Part shown: positions 44,341 to 54,756 of the stretch, piece after piece
Layout of the letters: every line of letters begins with the position of its first letter
How positions within the stretch are numbered: position 1 is the first letter of the stretch
Virus record (IMG/VR): IMGVR_UViG_3300027917_000040
Coordinates: 1-64,000 of that record
Source: a virus
Reading direction: 5' to 3' (one strand)
Length of the DNA stretch: 64,000 nt
Made by a program: the position numbers and the translations under genes
The notes under the pieces: generated by a model
Databases searched by the model: none
Told to the model about the DNA's origin: nothing
The model's input: only the letters and a program-made list of their open reading frames with translations

Positions 44341-45363
44341 ATGTTTAAATATTTTTATCACGAAAATATTAGAAAAACATTAGTGTCTTTTGCGACACTA
44401 TTTAATAATATTTATGTTAGAGAAACTGATTCGGATGGTAATATCACAAAAAATAATAAGGTTCCTATTAGGTATGGACCTCGCTCAAAATTTTTATCAA
44501 GAATAGAAGAAGCACCAAATGATTTGAATAATCCAGTTCAAATTACATTGCCAGTAATGTCTTTTGAACATGGAGCACCACAATATGACCCAGAAAGAAA
44601 AGCAGTAACAACCGAGTATTTTACAGTAGAAGACCCAAACAATCCGCAAGGGTGTTTAAAGTCTTTTATGCCAGTTCCCTATACTATTCCATTTGAATTA
44701 AATATTATGGCAAAATTGGAAAAAGATGCTTGGCAGATTGTTGAGCAAATTTTACCATATTTTCAACCAGCATATACTTTAACAATTAAATTTACAGGAA
44801 TACAAGAATTAAAAGATGTTCCTATTCAACTAGATTCTATAGAAAAACAGGATGATTATGATGGTAACTTTGAATCTAGAAGAACTATAATATACACTTT
44901 AAGATTTTCGGTAAAAACGTGGATGTTTGGTCCAGAAGAAGTAATTACTGACAGCATAATTAGAAAATCTATTATTGGATTTGTCGCGGGAACTTCGGCC
45001 CATCCTCCCGATTTTGATGCAATATTTAGAGACATTACAATAACTTCTACACCAGTAGCTGTAATTCCATATACAGAAACTGTCTTAGGTACTTTAACTA
45101 AAGATTTTACTTTAGAAGATACAGTTCTATTTTTAAATACAGTAGATGATGTAACATTAAATACGATAATTGGAATTGGTGATGAGATATTAAAGATTAC
45201 ATATATAGATGAAAATAATAAATCTTTAACTGTTTTAAGAGCAAATTATAATACTAAATCTGCTATTCATGTCTTAGGTTCTGAAGTTTATAAAGTTGTT
45301 GAAGCGGACAATGATTTGATTGAACCTGGTGATCCATTTGAAATTAATAGAGAAATTACATGA
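44341..45363 (+). CDS. gp15: Tail sheath stabilizer/completion protein gp15
   Basis: YFYHE.IRK, VP..YGP and QIVEQILPYFQP motifs. Confidence 0.92.
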   Translation: MFKYFYHENIRKTLVSFATLFNNIYVRETDSDGNITKNNKVPIRYGPRSKFLSRIEEAPNDLNNPVQITLPVMSFEHGAPQYDPERKAVTTEYFTVEDPNNPQGCLKSFMPVPYTIPFELNIMAKLEKDAWQIVEQILPYFQPAYTLTIKFTGIQELKDVPIQLDSIEKQDDYDGNFESRRTIIYTLRFSVKTWMFGPEEVITDSIIRKSIIGFVAGTSAHPPDFDAIFRDITITSTPVAVIPYTETVLGTLTKDFTLEDTVLFLNTVDDVTLNTIIGIGDEILKITYIDENNKSLTVLRANYNTKSAIHVLGSEVYKVVEADNDLIEPGDPFEINREIT

Positions 45364-45791
45364 AAAACGACAAATTTGACGAAACATTTAACATAGAAAG
45401 CACTGAGATTACTCACGAAGTTGAGGTAGAATCTTTGCGTCCTGTTGAAGTTGAGAATGAATTGAATATTAAAAGAGATATAAGGAAGGATTATCAGTAT
45501 AGTAGAGGAAATATATACTCAATTATTGAAAAAGGTCAAGAAGCAATCAATGGTGCTTTGGAGATGGCACAAGAAACAGAATCCCCAAGAGCATACGAAG
45601 TCACTGGACAACTTATTAAGAGTGTTGCAGATGCAACAGAGAAACTTTTAGACATTCAAAAGAAGTTAAAAGATATCGAAGAGATCAAAGATACAGGTCC
45701 ATCAAATGTTACAAATGCATTGTTTGTTGGATCAACAGCAGAACTTACAAAGTTTATAAAACAACAGAAAAATAAGTCAGATACTAAATAA
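45360..45791 (+). CDS. gp16: Terminase small subunit gp16
   Basis: DY.YSR, SPRAYEV and NALFVGSTAEL motifs. Confidence 0.92.
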   Translation: MKNDKFDETFNIESTEITHEVEVESLRPVEVENELNIKRDIRKDYQYSRGNIYSIIEKGQEAINGALEMAQETESPRAYEVTGQLIKSVADATEKLLDIQKKLKDIEEIKDTGPSNVTNALFVGSTAELTKFIKQQKNKSDTK

Positions 45792-45816
45792 GAATATAAA
45801 GTAGTATCTGTTAAAA

Positions 45817-47019
45817 ATGAGTCATTCTGATATCAAATCTGGAAAGAAAAAAGACGAAGAAGGTTACATGGCCCATTCCCAGATGGGAACTATGAGAAAT
45901 GCTATTGGAAGACTGAAGAAGAATATTAAAAAGAAAGATCAACAGATTCCTGCTTGGGTGCAATCAAAAATAACAAAAGCATCAGATTACGTAGACACTG
46001 CGGCAGATTACATGGACTCAAACGAATCATTCAAAATGCCCTCGGCAATAGACCCTAAAGAGCATAAAAAAACACAAAAAGATCGAAAGATAAGAAACAT
46101 GACTCAATCTTCCAATGAGAATGAGGCGGCAGTTGCAAAGAAAAAAACAAAAGGTCCCGAATGGCAAAGACCAACTTTGCAGAAAAATTCGTTTTCTCTT
46201 GTAGATCAAATTCTTTCAGAAATCGATCTCAATGAAGATCTTTCTATTCAAGGTGCAAAAGGTAATGAAATGTATCAGGTAGTTGACCTGATCAAACCAG
46301 AACCAATGATTTCAGAGCAAGGTGCTTGTGGGGAATGTGGATGTAGAGAATGTGTTTGTGAAACAGGTGAAGTGGAAAAATGGGAGGATTATGAAGAAGC
46401 ACACGAAGATCTTGAAGAAAGTGAGCACAAAGGAGAAAAGAAATATTGCAAGAAGTGTAAGAAAAAAGAAACTAGAGATGAGTGCAAATATGGTGGAAAA
46501 GTTTGGGACAGAATGACTTCTGATGATGACGATGATGACGATGATGACGATGATTCTGGTGATGTAAGTGAAGCAGTAAGAATGAAGGCAAGAACTGGAA
46601 ATTTAATTGCAGTAATTCTTACTTGGAGAGGTAAGTCATTGATGGTTAGAATGTTCTTCCCATCATTAAACTATCCAAGCAGATCCGAAGTCGAGGCAGA
46701 GGTTATCAAGATTTATCCAGGTGCAAGAGTCATTAACTATAGAAGAATCGAAGTAACTCCAGGAGCACCAGTTGTTCATGTTAATGAAGCAAAGCACACG
46801 GCAACAAAGTCTGATTTAGAAGGACATATTGGTGGTGGGAATCTTAAAAAATTAGCGACAAAGGCAGTAAAAAGAATAGATTATGATGTTGATGGTGATG
46901 TAGATCCTAATGATGCTGTTGAAAAGAAAACTGGAGAATATGGAGAAGTAGTTCCAACTCCATTTGGAAAGTTCAAAACTGGAATAGAAAAATCTTCATC
47001 CAAAAGGACAAAGAAATGA
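45817..47019 (+). CDS. Modular hypothetical protein, candidate internal head protein (400 aa)
   Basis: PAWVQSKIT module, Cys clusters, poly-Asp and recurring (L/I/V)xE-like junctions; late promoter ACTAAATA at 45783. Confidence 0.7.
   Translation: MSHSDIKSGKKKDEEGYMAHSQMGTMRNAIGRLKKNIKKKDQQIPAWVQSKITKASDYVDTAADYMDSNESFKMPSAIDPKEHKKTQKDRKIRNMTQSSNENEAAVAKKKTKGPEWQRPTLQKNSFSLVDQILSEIDLNEDLSIQGAKGNEMYQVVDLIKPEPMISEQGACGECGCRECVCETGEVEKWEDYEEAHEDLEESEHKGEKKYCKKCKKKETRDECKYGGKVWDRMTSDDDDDDDDDDDSGDVSEAVRMKARTGNLIAVILTWRGKSLMVRMFFPSLNYPSRSEVEAEVIKIYPGARVINYRRIEVTPGAPVVHVNEAKHTATKSDLEGHIGGGNLKKLATKAVKRIDYDVDGDVDPNDAVEKKTGEYGEVVPTPFGKFKTGIEKSSSKRTKK
46522..46554 (+). repeat. (GATGATGAC)n repeat encoding D11
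   Basis: Direct reading. Confidence 0.9.
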
Positions 47020-47315
47020 AAAGTTTTAATGAATTTTTAAACGAAGCAGATAAGTCCAGTATGCAGTGCAATAAACCAAAAGCACAGGCAGTAGGTGATT
47101 CAAAAACTGGAAAGTCTCATGTCGTAAAGGCATGTTCTGGTGGAAAAGAAAAACTTATCCGTTTCGGACAAAGAGGTGTAAAGGGGTCACCTGCTAAAAA
47201 GGGGGAGTCTGAAGGATATAAGAAACGTCGTAAGTCCTTCCAAGCAAGACATGCTAAAAATATAGCAAAAGGTAAAATGAGTGCTGCTTATTGGGCAAAT
47301 AAAGTTAAATGGTGA
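47016..47315 (+). CDS. Small basic protein with a T4-like capsid-targeting N-terminus (MKSFNEFLNE)
   Basis: Resembles the T4 IPIII CTS MKTYQEFIAE; ends RRKSF.ARH..SAAYWA.KVKW. Confidence 0.7.
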   Translation: MKSFNEFLNEADKSSMQCNKPKAQAVGDSKTGKSHVVKACSGGKEKLIRFGQRGVKGSPAKKGESEGYKKRRKSFQARHAKNIAKGKMSAAYWANKVKW

Positions 47316-47323
47316 GGTAATTT

Positions 47324-48976
47324 ATGGGGAGTGAAGAACATTATCTAGGTAATCCACTTTTAAAAAAAGCAAATACCGCAATTGAATTTACAGCAGAACA
47401 AATAGAAGAAATTGGGAGATGTTATGATGATCCCCTATATTTTGCAGAGCATTATGTCCAGATTGTAACTTTGGACAAGGGATTACAACCCTTTAAAATG
47501 TATCCATTTCAAAAGAAAATGGTAACACGGTTTCATAAAAACCGTTTCAATATATGTAAACTTCCACGACAGTCTGGAAAATCAACAACTGTTTGTGCAT
47601 ACTTATTGCACTATGCCATTTTTAATGATAATGTAAATATTGCTATTCTTGCAAACAAAGCAAATACTGCAAGAGACTTGTTGCAGAGATTGCAAACTGG
47701 TTACGAAAATTTACCAAAATGGTTACAGCAAGGTGTTTTATCTTGGAACAAAGGTTCTTTAGAGTTAGAAAATAAATCTAGAATCTTTGCTGCTTCTACT
47801 TCAGCATCATCTGTCCGAGGAAGTACCTTCAACATTATTTTTCTAGACGAATTTGCTTTCGTTCCAAATAGTGTTGCCGACAATTTCTTTAGTTCGGTAT
47901 ATCCAACAATTACTTCTGGTCAATCATCCAAAGTTATAATTGTTTCAACTCCTTTTGGAATGAATCATTTTTATAAACTTTGGGATGATGCACAAAAGAA
48001 AAGAAACAGTTATGTTCCAACAGAAGTCCACTGGATGGATGTTCCTGGAAGAGATGAGAAATTTAAAGAGACTACCATTGCAAACACTTCAGAATCTCAG
48101 TGGAGACAAGAGTTTGAATGTCAGTTCCTCGGTTCTACGGACACATTAATATCGGGTGCAAAATTAAACACTCTTACATTCGATACACCATTGCAGTCTC
48201 ATAATGGTTTAGATGTTTATGAGTTTCCTCAAAAAGATCACAATTACGTATTAACAGTTGATGTTGCGAGGGGAGTTGAAAAAGATTATTCTGCATTTAC
48301 AGTTATAGATGTATCTCAATTTCCTCACAAGTTAGTAGCGAAGTATAGAAGCAATCAAATAAGACCCATAGTTTTTCCACAAACTATAAGAGAAATAGCA
48401 AAAAGTTATAATAAAGCATATGTATTATGCGAAGTTAACGACGTAGGTGATCAAGTTGCTGCTGGTCTTTTTTACGATCTTGAGTATGAGAATGTTCTTA
48501 TGTCATCTATGAGAGGACGAGCAGGACAAGTTCTTGGACAAGGATTTTCTGGAAAGAAAGTGCAACTTGGCGTAAAGATGTCCAAGGCGACTAAAAAAGT
48601 AGGATGTCTTAACTTAAAGGCGTTAATAGAAGAAGATAAATTGTTAATTTCAGATTTTGACACTATTGCCGAGTTGACTACTTTTATTCAAAAACATGGG
48701 TCATTTGAAGCAGAAGAAGGAAGAAACGATGATCTTGTAATGTGTTTAGTCATCTACTCTTGGTTGATTCAACAGGACTATTTTAGGGAACTTACTGATC
48801 AGGATATCAGAAAAAGATTATATGAAGAGCAAAAAAATCAAATAGAACAAGACATGGCACCGTTTGGATTTGTTACTGATGGCATCTCCGATGAAGGATC
48901 TTTTGTAGATGATAGTGGGGATAGATGGCACACTGATGAATATGGTGATATGTCTTATATGTGGGATTATATGTAG
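47324..48976 (+). CDS. gp17: Terminase large subunit gp17
   Basis: PRQSGKSTT Walker A, IIFLDEFAF Walker B and DDLVM nuclease motif. Confidence 0.97.
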   Translation: MGSEEHYLGNPLLKKANTAIEFTAEQIEEIGRCYDDPLYFAEHYVQIVTLDKGLQPFKMYPFQKKMVTRFHKNRFNICKLPRQSGKSTTVCAYLLHYAIFNDNVNIAILANKANTARDLLQRLQTGYENLPKWLQQGVLSWNKGSLELENKSRIFAASTSASSVRGSTFNIIFLDEFAFVPNSVADNFFSSVYPTITSGQSSKVIIVSTPFGMNHFYKLWDDAQKKRNSYVPTEVHWMDVPGRDEKFKETTIANTSESQWRQEFECQFLGSTDTLISGAKLNTLTFDTPLQSHNGLDVYEFPQKDHNYVLTVDVARGVEKDYSAFTVIDVSQFPHKLVAKYRSNQIRPIVFPQTIREIAKSYNKAYVLCEVNDVGDQVAAGLFYDLEYENVLMSSMRGRAGQVLGQGFSGKKVQLGVKMSKATKKVGCLNLKALIEEDKLLISDFDTIAELTTFIQKHGSFEAEEGRNDDLVMCLVIYSWLIQQDYFRELTDQDIRKRLYEEQKNQIEQDMAPFGFVTDGISDEGSFVDDSGDRWHTDEYGDMSYMWDYM

Positions 48977-48996
48977 TCTCTGAAAATACTCATTTT

Positions 48997-49004
48997 AATA
49001 AATA
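48997..49004 (+). promoter_or_regulatory. Late promoter (AATAAATA)
   Basis: Upstream of gp18, with an AGGAG SD. Confidence 0.6.
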
Positions 49005-49036
49005 TTTTTAGATAAACTGAGTCTTAGGAGAAAAAA

Positions 49037-51748
49037 ATGGCGACTCCTCAATTGTCTCCTGGTGTATTAATCAGGGAAGTTGATTTAACTGTAGGAAGAA
49101 TTGATAATGTTGTTGATAACATTGGTGCAATCGCAGGTCCTTTTGTAAAAGGTCCTGTTGAAGATCCCATCACTATTGAAACAGAAGATGAATTACTTAA
49201 AGTTTTTGGTCAACCAGTAAGTTCTGATGGACAGTATGAGTACTGGATGACAGCATCATCATTTCTTTCTTATGGCGGCATTCTTAAAGTCGTAAGAACA
49301 GATTCTGATGTAATCACTAACTCTAGCACAAGAACACAATTTGTCGGAGAAGTTGCTGCAATTGGAGCAGACGACGATATTCTTGTAGGTGCTGCACTTA
49401 CTATAACATCCGGTCAAGACGACAGTGCTAGAACTGTTTCAGACACAACTCTGATTCTTGGCGAAATTGGTGCTGGTAACACAACTGGTTATGGATACAC
49501 ATATTCTGGTTCTGGAAACGGTCTGATCATTTCAGTTGGTCTTGGAACATCTGGTTCTGTAGAATCACTTGGAATTATTAATCCCGGTGAAGGATACTCC
49601 GCTGGTGATCAACTTAACATCAATGATATCATCCTCGGAAATCCAGCTGGTGATAATCCAGTAGTTATTACTGTTAATGCTGGTGCAGTAACTACCGAAG
49701 CACTTGAAAACGTTGTTGCTGATCCTGATCTGAAGATCAAGAATGATAATGATTATGCTGGACAAGAAGAAGAAGTATCAACAGCATATCTCTGGGCAGG
49801 TAAAAATCCCGGATCATGGTCAAACGGACTTGTAGTTGCGGTAATCGACGACCTTGCTGATCAAATTCTCGATCTTACTGGGTCATTTACTGCTGGCACT
49901 ATCAACGACATCGAAGTTGGTTGTGGCGTTACTGTTACTCTCGACCAAGTAAGAAGACCAGTAAGAAGAACTGGAAGAAATGATTCGGGTGGTGGATTCT
50001 TCACTGAAGATGGATTCCTGAAAGGAATTGTAACTGGAGTTAACACCGAAACACAAGAAGTATCTGTAAGAGTTGTTTCTAAGGTTGCTCTCGACGGAAC
50101 AGAAACTCCTGTTGAATATAAGAACAGATCTAGACACTCTTCGTTCAAACCAAATACCGAAATCGTATTCGTCGATGATGCTGGTGTTGGTCTTGCAACT
50201 TGTCAAATTCTTCAAGGAAACAAGGTTAAAGATTGGTATAACGAACAGGTTATTTCTCTTGAGACCGGAAGCATTCTCTGGAAATCTATTGCACAAAAAC
50301 CATCCACTAATCAGTGGGTAGCAGAAAGAAAAGGAAGAAATGATGGTCTGCATGTTGCAGTATTTGATGAACTTGGAAATGTAACAGGAATCAAAGGAAA
50401 TCTTCTTGAGAAGTTCACTGGTCTTTCTAAGGCAAAAGATGCAATCTCTGCAGTCAATCCTCCACAAAGACTTTTCTGGAAAGATTATATTGCACAGTAT
50501 TCAAAGTATGTTTTTGCTGGAGATAATCCATCTGATATTTCCAACCAAGAAGACACATATGCTTCTGGATTTGATCTCGATACAGTAGTCGCAGGTTTTG
50601 GTAATCTTACTCCTCTGTCTCAGGCAGCAGGTCTTTGGAATCAAAGTGGTAAAGAAGTAGTTTTTGCAGTTCAAGGCGCAAAACTTTATAGACTTTCCGG
50701 TGGTAAAGACTATACCCCAGTTCTTTCAACAACAACTGCTGGTGCTTCTTCTACTATTGTTTCTTCAATTGTTGAAACACAAAACGCGAATACAGTAACA
50801 ATTACTGAAACAACTACAATTGGATCCTTCAAGGCAACTCTTGGAGAACTTCTAAATGCATACGATTACTTCGCAGATGAAGATGAAATTGCAATCGATT
50901 ACCTGCTGATGGGACCAGGACTTGAGGACAAAGAAGAATCTCAAGCAAAAGCTCAAAACTTAATTGCAATTGCTAATGAAAGAAAGGATTGCATCGCATG
51001 TATCTCCCCACATAGAGGAGATGTTGTATCCGATGGATTCTCATTCAAGAGCACTGATGATATAACTGATGACGTGGTTGAGTTCTTCTCAACACTGGCA
51101 TCTTCATCTTATGCAATCTTTGATAGTGGTTATAAGTATACTTACGATAGATTTAATGATACCTTCAGATACGTTCCATGTAATGGAGATATCGCCGGTC
51201 TTTGCGTAAGAACTTCAATCGAAAGATATCCTTGGTTCTCCCCTGCTGGACAGCAAAGAGGTATCATCAACAATGCAGTTAAACTTGCATACAATCCAAA
51301 TAAAGCACAAAGAGATCGTCTCTATGTTGCAAGAGTAAACCCAGTTATTACTCAGCAAGGTCTTGGAACACTTCTCTTCGGAGATAAGACCGCTCTCGGA
51401 TATGCTTCTGCGTTTGACAGAATCAATGTTCGTAGATTGTTCCTCTATGTTGAACAAGCACTCAAGTCTCTTGCAGATGCTCAACTGTTTGAACTGAATG
51501 ATGAAATTACAAGAGCAAACTTTGTTTCTGTCGTGGAACCATTCCTCGCAGATATCCAAACGAAGAGAGGTCTTTATGGTTACTTAGTTGTTTGTGACGA
51601 GTCGAATAATACACCAGATATTATCGACAATAATGAGTTCAGAGCAGATATTTATCTGCAACCAACCAAGTCTATCAACTACGTAACATTAACGTTTGTT
51701 GCCACTAGAACTGGAATTAGCTTCGGTGAAATTGCTGGCACCGTCTGA
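49037..51748 (+). CDS. gp18: Tail sheath protein gp18 (903 aa, with insertions)
   Basis: SPGV..REVD, PWFSPAG, FDRINVRRLF and CDE.NNTP motifs. Confidence 0.96.
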   Translation: MATPQLSPGVLIREVDLTVGRIDNVVDNIGAIAGPFVKGPVEDPITIETEDELLKVFGQPVSSDGQYEYWMTASSFLSYGGILKVVRTDSDVITNSSTRTQFVGEVAAIGADDDILVGAALTITSGQDDSARTVSDTTLILGEIGAGNTTGYGYTYSGSGNGLIISVGLGTSGSVESLGIINPGEGYSAGDQLNINDIILGNPAGDNPVVITVNAGAVTTEALENVVADPDLKIKNDNDYAGQEEEVSTAYLWAGKNPGSWSNGLVVAVIDDLADQILDLTGSFTAGTINDIEVGCGVTVTLDQVRRPVRRTGRNDSGGGFFTEDGFLKGIVTGVNTETQEVSVRVVSKVALDGTETPVEYKNRSRHSSFKPNTEIVFVDDAGVGLATCQILQGNKVKDWYNEQVISLETGSILWKSIAQKPSTNQWVAERKGRNDGLHVAVFDELGNVTGIKGNLLEKFTGLSKAKDAISAVNPPQRLFWKDYIAQYSKYVFAGDNPSDISNQEDTYASGFDLDTVVAGFGNLTPLSQAAGLWNQSGKEVVFAVQGAKLYRLSGGKDYTPVLSTTTAGASSTIVSSIVETQNANTVTITETTTIGSFKATLGELLNAYDYFADEDEIAIDYLLMGPGLEDKEESQAKAQNLIAIANERKDCIACISPHRGDVVSDGFSFKSTDDITDDVVEFFSTLASSSYAIFDSGYKYTYDRFNDTFRYVPCNGDIAGLCVRTSIERYPWFSPAGQQRGIINNAVKLAYNPNKAQRDRLYVARVNPVITQQGLGTLLFGDKTALGYASAFDRINVRRLFLYVEQALKSLADAQLFELNDEITRANFVSVVEPFLADIQTKRGLYGYLVVCDESNNTPDIIDNNEFRADIYLQPTKSINYVTLTFVATRTGISFGEIAGTV

Positions 51749-51793
51749 TTATTTTAAAAATATTAACTAATTTCAATTTCGGAGAAAAAGAAA

Positions 51794-52510
51794 ATGGCAT
51801 TCAATAGTTTCGCGGACAAAAACGTAAGTCCATTAAAGAACCTAACCCAGTTCAAAAATCGCCTCCGTGGTGGAGGTGCAAGACCTAATCTCTTTGAGGT
51901 TAGAATTGATAGCTTCCCCGCTCCAATTACTGAATATTGGAATGCTGCAGATAGAGAAGACTTTCAGTTCATGTGTAAGTCTGCTGCACTGCCAGCATCT
52001 AACATCGCAGCAGTTGATGTTCCCTTCAGAGGTCGTATTTTAAAGGTTGCTGGCGACAGAACCTTTGATACTTGGACAGTTACCGTCATTAATGATGAAG
52101 ACTTTAACCTCAGACACGCATTTGAGCAGTGGATGAACCACATGGCAAAACTTGATAATGCTTCTGGTGCTGTTAATCCTCAGTCTTATATGACTGATGC
52201 GATTGTAAGACAACTCGGAAGAGCGAATAAGAGAAATGGTATCAACGTAATGGCTGATGGTGAAGATAGGAATCAATCTGGACCACCAAACACTGGTTCT
52301 TATACACCACCAGTTCTGAGAGCATATAAGATGCATGACATCTTCCCAACTAATGTTTCTCAAATTGATCTTTCTTATGATACTGGTGATACCATTGAAG
52401 AGTTTACCGTAGAGTTCCAAATCAACTGGTTTGAGATTGAAGATGATAAGGCATTTAACGGTGCTGAAGGTTCAGTCGGAACTAACGGTGATAACGGTAG
52501 AGTCACCTAA
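51794..52510 (+). CDS. gp19: Tail tube protein gp19
   Basis: GGARPNLF, AGDRTF..W and IEEF.VEF motifs. Confidence 0.96.
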   Translation: MAFNSFADKNVSPLKNLTQFKNRLRGGGARPNLFEVRIDSFPAPITEYWNAADREDFQFMCKSAALPASNIAAVDVPFRGRILKVAGDRTFDTWTVTVINDEDFNLRHAFEQWMNHMAKLDNASGAVNPQSYMTDAIVRQLGRANKRNGINVMADGEDRNQSGPPNTGSYTPPVLRAYKMHDIFPTNVSQIDLSYDTGDTIEEFTVEFQINWFEIEDDKAFNGAEGSVGTNGDNGRVT

Positions 52511-52518
52511 TAGAGTTG

Positions 52519-52526
52519 TCTAAATA
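52519..52526 (+). promoter_or_regulatory. Late promoter (TCTAAATA)
   Basis: Intergenic, upstream of gp20. Confidence 0.55.
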
Positions 52527-52552
52527 GTAGGAAACACCACGTAATTTTAATA

Positions 52553-54253
52553 ATGGCAAAGTTGTTCGGGTTTTCTATTGAAGACGACGATAAGTTACCA
52601 AAATCTGCGTTATCCCCCGTCCCCGTTAATAACGAGGATGGGGTTGACCACTATTTAACTAGTGGTTTTTTTGGTTCTTATGTTGATATTGAAGGTGTAT
52701 ATAGAAATGAGTTTGAGTTAATAAAGAGATATAGAGAGATGGCACTGCATCCAGAAGTGGACAGTGCCATTGAAGATATTGTGAATGAGGCAATAGTATC
52801 AGATACAAATGATAGTCCTGTTCAAGTAGAACTTTCTAATCTTAATGCTAGTGATGGTATTAAGAAAAAAATAAGAGAAGAGTTTAAACATATTTTAAAT
52901 TTATTGGATTTTGATAAGAAGTGCCATGAAATTTACAGAAATTGGTATATTGATGGACGTATTTTTTATCATAAAGTAATCGATTTAAAAAATCCCGAAG
53001 AGGGTATTTTGGAGTTAAGATATATTGACTCCATGAAAATGCGTTATGTGAGACAAGAGAAGCAGAACAAAGCAAAGAACGGTGTTTCTCCAATCATGAT
53101 GAATTCTGGACAACAACAAGATCCTATGGATTTTAAGTTTCCGGAGATAGAAGAATATTTTATTTACACTCCTAAAACTACATATCCAGTTGGAAAGGGA
53201 AATCCAGCAACTTCTGGAGGTGCAAAAGGTGGTGGAGTTAAGATTGCAAGAGATGCTATTGCATATTGTACATCTGGATTGGTAGACAGAAATAAAGGAA
53301 CTACACTTTCTTATCTCAATAAAGCAATTAAATCACTCAATCAACTCCGTATGATTGAGGATTCTCTTGTAATTTACAGACTTTCAAGGGCACCAGAACG
53401 TAGAATTTTTTATATTGATGTTGGCAATCTGCCAAAAATGAAGGCAGAACAATATCTTCGTGATGTCATGATGCGTTATCGTAACAAGTTGGTTTACGAT
53501 TCAAACACTGGTGAAATCCGTGATGATAAAAAGTTTATGGCAATGCTTGAAGATTATTGGTTGCCACGTAGAGAAGGTGGTAGAGGAACAGAAATCTCCA
53601 CTCTTCCCGGTGGTCAAAATCTTGGTGAAATCACAGATATTAACTATTTTCAAAAGAAACTTTATCGTTCACTGAATGTTCCACCATCAAGAATGGATGG
53701 TGAAGGTGGATTTAACTTAGGACGTTCCTCTGAAATCTTAAGAGACGAACTGAAATTTACCAAGTTTGTTGGGCGTTTAAGAAAGAGATTCTCCAATCTT
53801 TTCAATGATCTTCTAAGAACTCAACTACTTCTAAAGAACATTATTACTCCGGAAGATTGGGAAGTAATGTCTGAGCACATTCAATATGATTTCTTATATG
53901 ACAATCACTTCTCAGAACTTAAAGATGCTGAGTTGATGACTGAAAGACTGAATCTTGCAGCAACAGCAGAACCTTATATTGGTAAGTATTTCTCTTCGGA
54001 GTATGTAAGAACTCAAATTCTTAGGCAAACTGATGGTGAGATTATCGAAGAAGATAAGAAAATTAAAAAAGAAATTGCTAAAGGAATTATCCCAGATCCC
54101 AATGCACCCGTAGATCCAGAAACTGGACTCCCAATGGAACCATCTGTTGCTCCTGGAGCAGATAACATGAATGGAGCATCTGGAAAAGTTCCTCTTGATG
54201 GGAAGGTTCCAGAAGTTGATGGGAAAATTGCAGAACCCCCAACTGCTAAATAA
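52553..54253 (+). CDS. gp20: Portal vertex protein gp20
   Basis: RAPERRIFYIDVGNLP and WLPRREGGRGTEI motifs. Confidence 0.97.
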   Translation: MAKLFGFSIEDDDKLPKSALSPVPVNNEDGVDHYLTSGFFGSYVDIEGVYRNEFELIKRYREMALHPEVDSAIEDIVNEAIVSDTNDSPVQVELSNLNASDGIKKKIREEFKHILNLLDFDKKCHEIYRNWYIDGRIFYHKVIDLKNPEEGILELRYIDSMKMRYVRQEKQNKAKNGVSPIMMNSGQQQDPMDFKFPEIEEYFIYTPKTTYPVGKGNPATSGGAKGGGVKIARDAIAYCTSGLVDRNKGTTLSYLNKAIKSLNQLRMIEDSLVIYRLSRAPERRIFYIDVGNLPKMKAEQYLRDVMMRYRNKLVYDSNTGEIRDDKKFMAMLEDYWLPRREGGRGTEISTLPGGQNLGEITDINYFQKKLYRSLNVPPSRMDGEGGFNLGRSSEILRDELKFTKFVGRLRKRFSNLFNDLLRTQLLLKNIITPEDWEVMSEHIQYDFLYDNHFSELKDAELMTERLNLAATAEPYIGKYFSSEYVRTQILRQTDGEIIEEDKKIKKEIAKGIIPDPNAPVDPETGLPMEPSVAPGADNMNGASGKVPLDGKVPEVDGKIAEPPTAK

Positions 54254-54273
54254 CAAAAAAACATGTAAAAACT

Positions 54274-54441
54274 ATGGATAACATTATCGATTTAATTACT
54301 CAAGATGAGTCACCTTCCGAAATCAGTGACGCAATCAAAGATACTCTTTTCTCAAAGGCAGCAGAAAAGATTGATATGATAAGACCAGAGATTGCGTCTG
54401 TACTCTTTAATGGTGTTCAAGAAACATCAGAAGAAGAATAA
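54274..54441 (+). CDS. Small acidic prohead core-like protein (55 aa, gp67 position)
   Basis: Translated by hand: MDNIIDLITQDESPSEISDAIKDTLFSKAAEKID... Confidence 0.7.
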   Translation: MDNIIDLITQDESPSEISDAIKDTLFSKAAEKIDMIRPEIASVLFNGVQETSEEE

Positions 54442-54443
54442 TT

Positions 54444-54451
54444 TATAAATA
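54444..54451 (+). promoter_or_regulatory. T4 late promoter TATAAATA
   Basis: Exact consensus, intergenic. Confidence 0.75.
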
Positions 54452-54491
54452 CACTGCTTCATAAATAATATTATAAATTAGTAAAATAGTC

Positions 54492-54752
54492 ATGATCATC
54501 AAACCTAAAGGTGTTGCTGTAAATATTGTTGGTATTGCCTCAACTGTTGCCGATCTTGGTGGGGTTGGAGCAACTTTAGTGTCTGTTGTAAATACACAAT
54601 CTGCTCCTGCTTTAGTATCTTTAAATCCCGATGGAACTAATGTTTATCTTGCGGCTGGAGAAAGAGCACTAATTCAAAAATTAGCAACAACTACGCTTAC
54701 AGCTGGATCTGGTGATCCTGTTTATGCAACTAACGTAGGATTTACAAACTAA
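54492..54752 (+). CDS. Small virion-associated hypothetical protein (86 aa)
   Basis: ORF between gp20 and gp21. Confidence 0.75.
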   Translation: MIIKPKGVAVNIVGIASTVADLGGVGATLVSVVNTQSAPALVSLNPDGTNVYLAAGERALIQKLATTTLTAGSGDPVYATNVGFTN

Positions 54753-54756
54753 TCTC

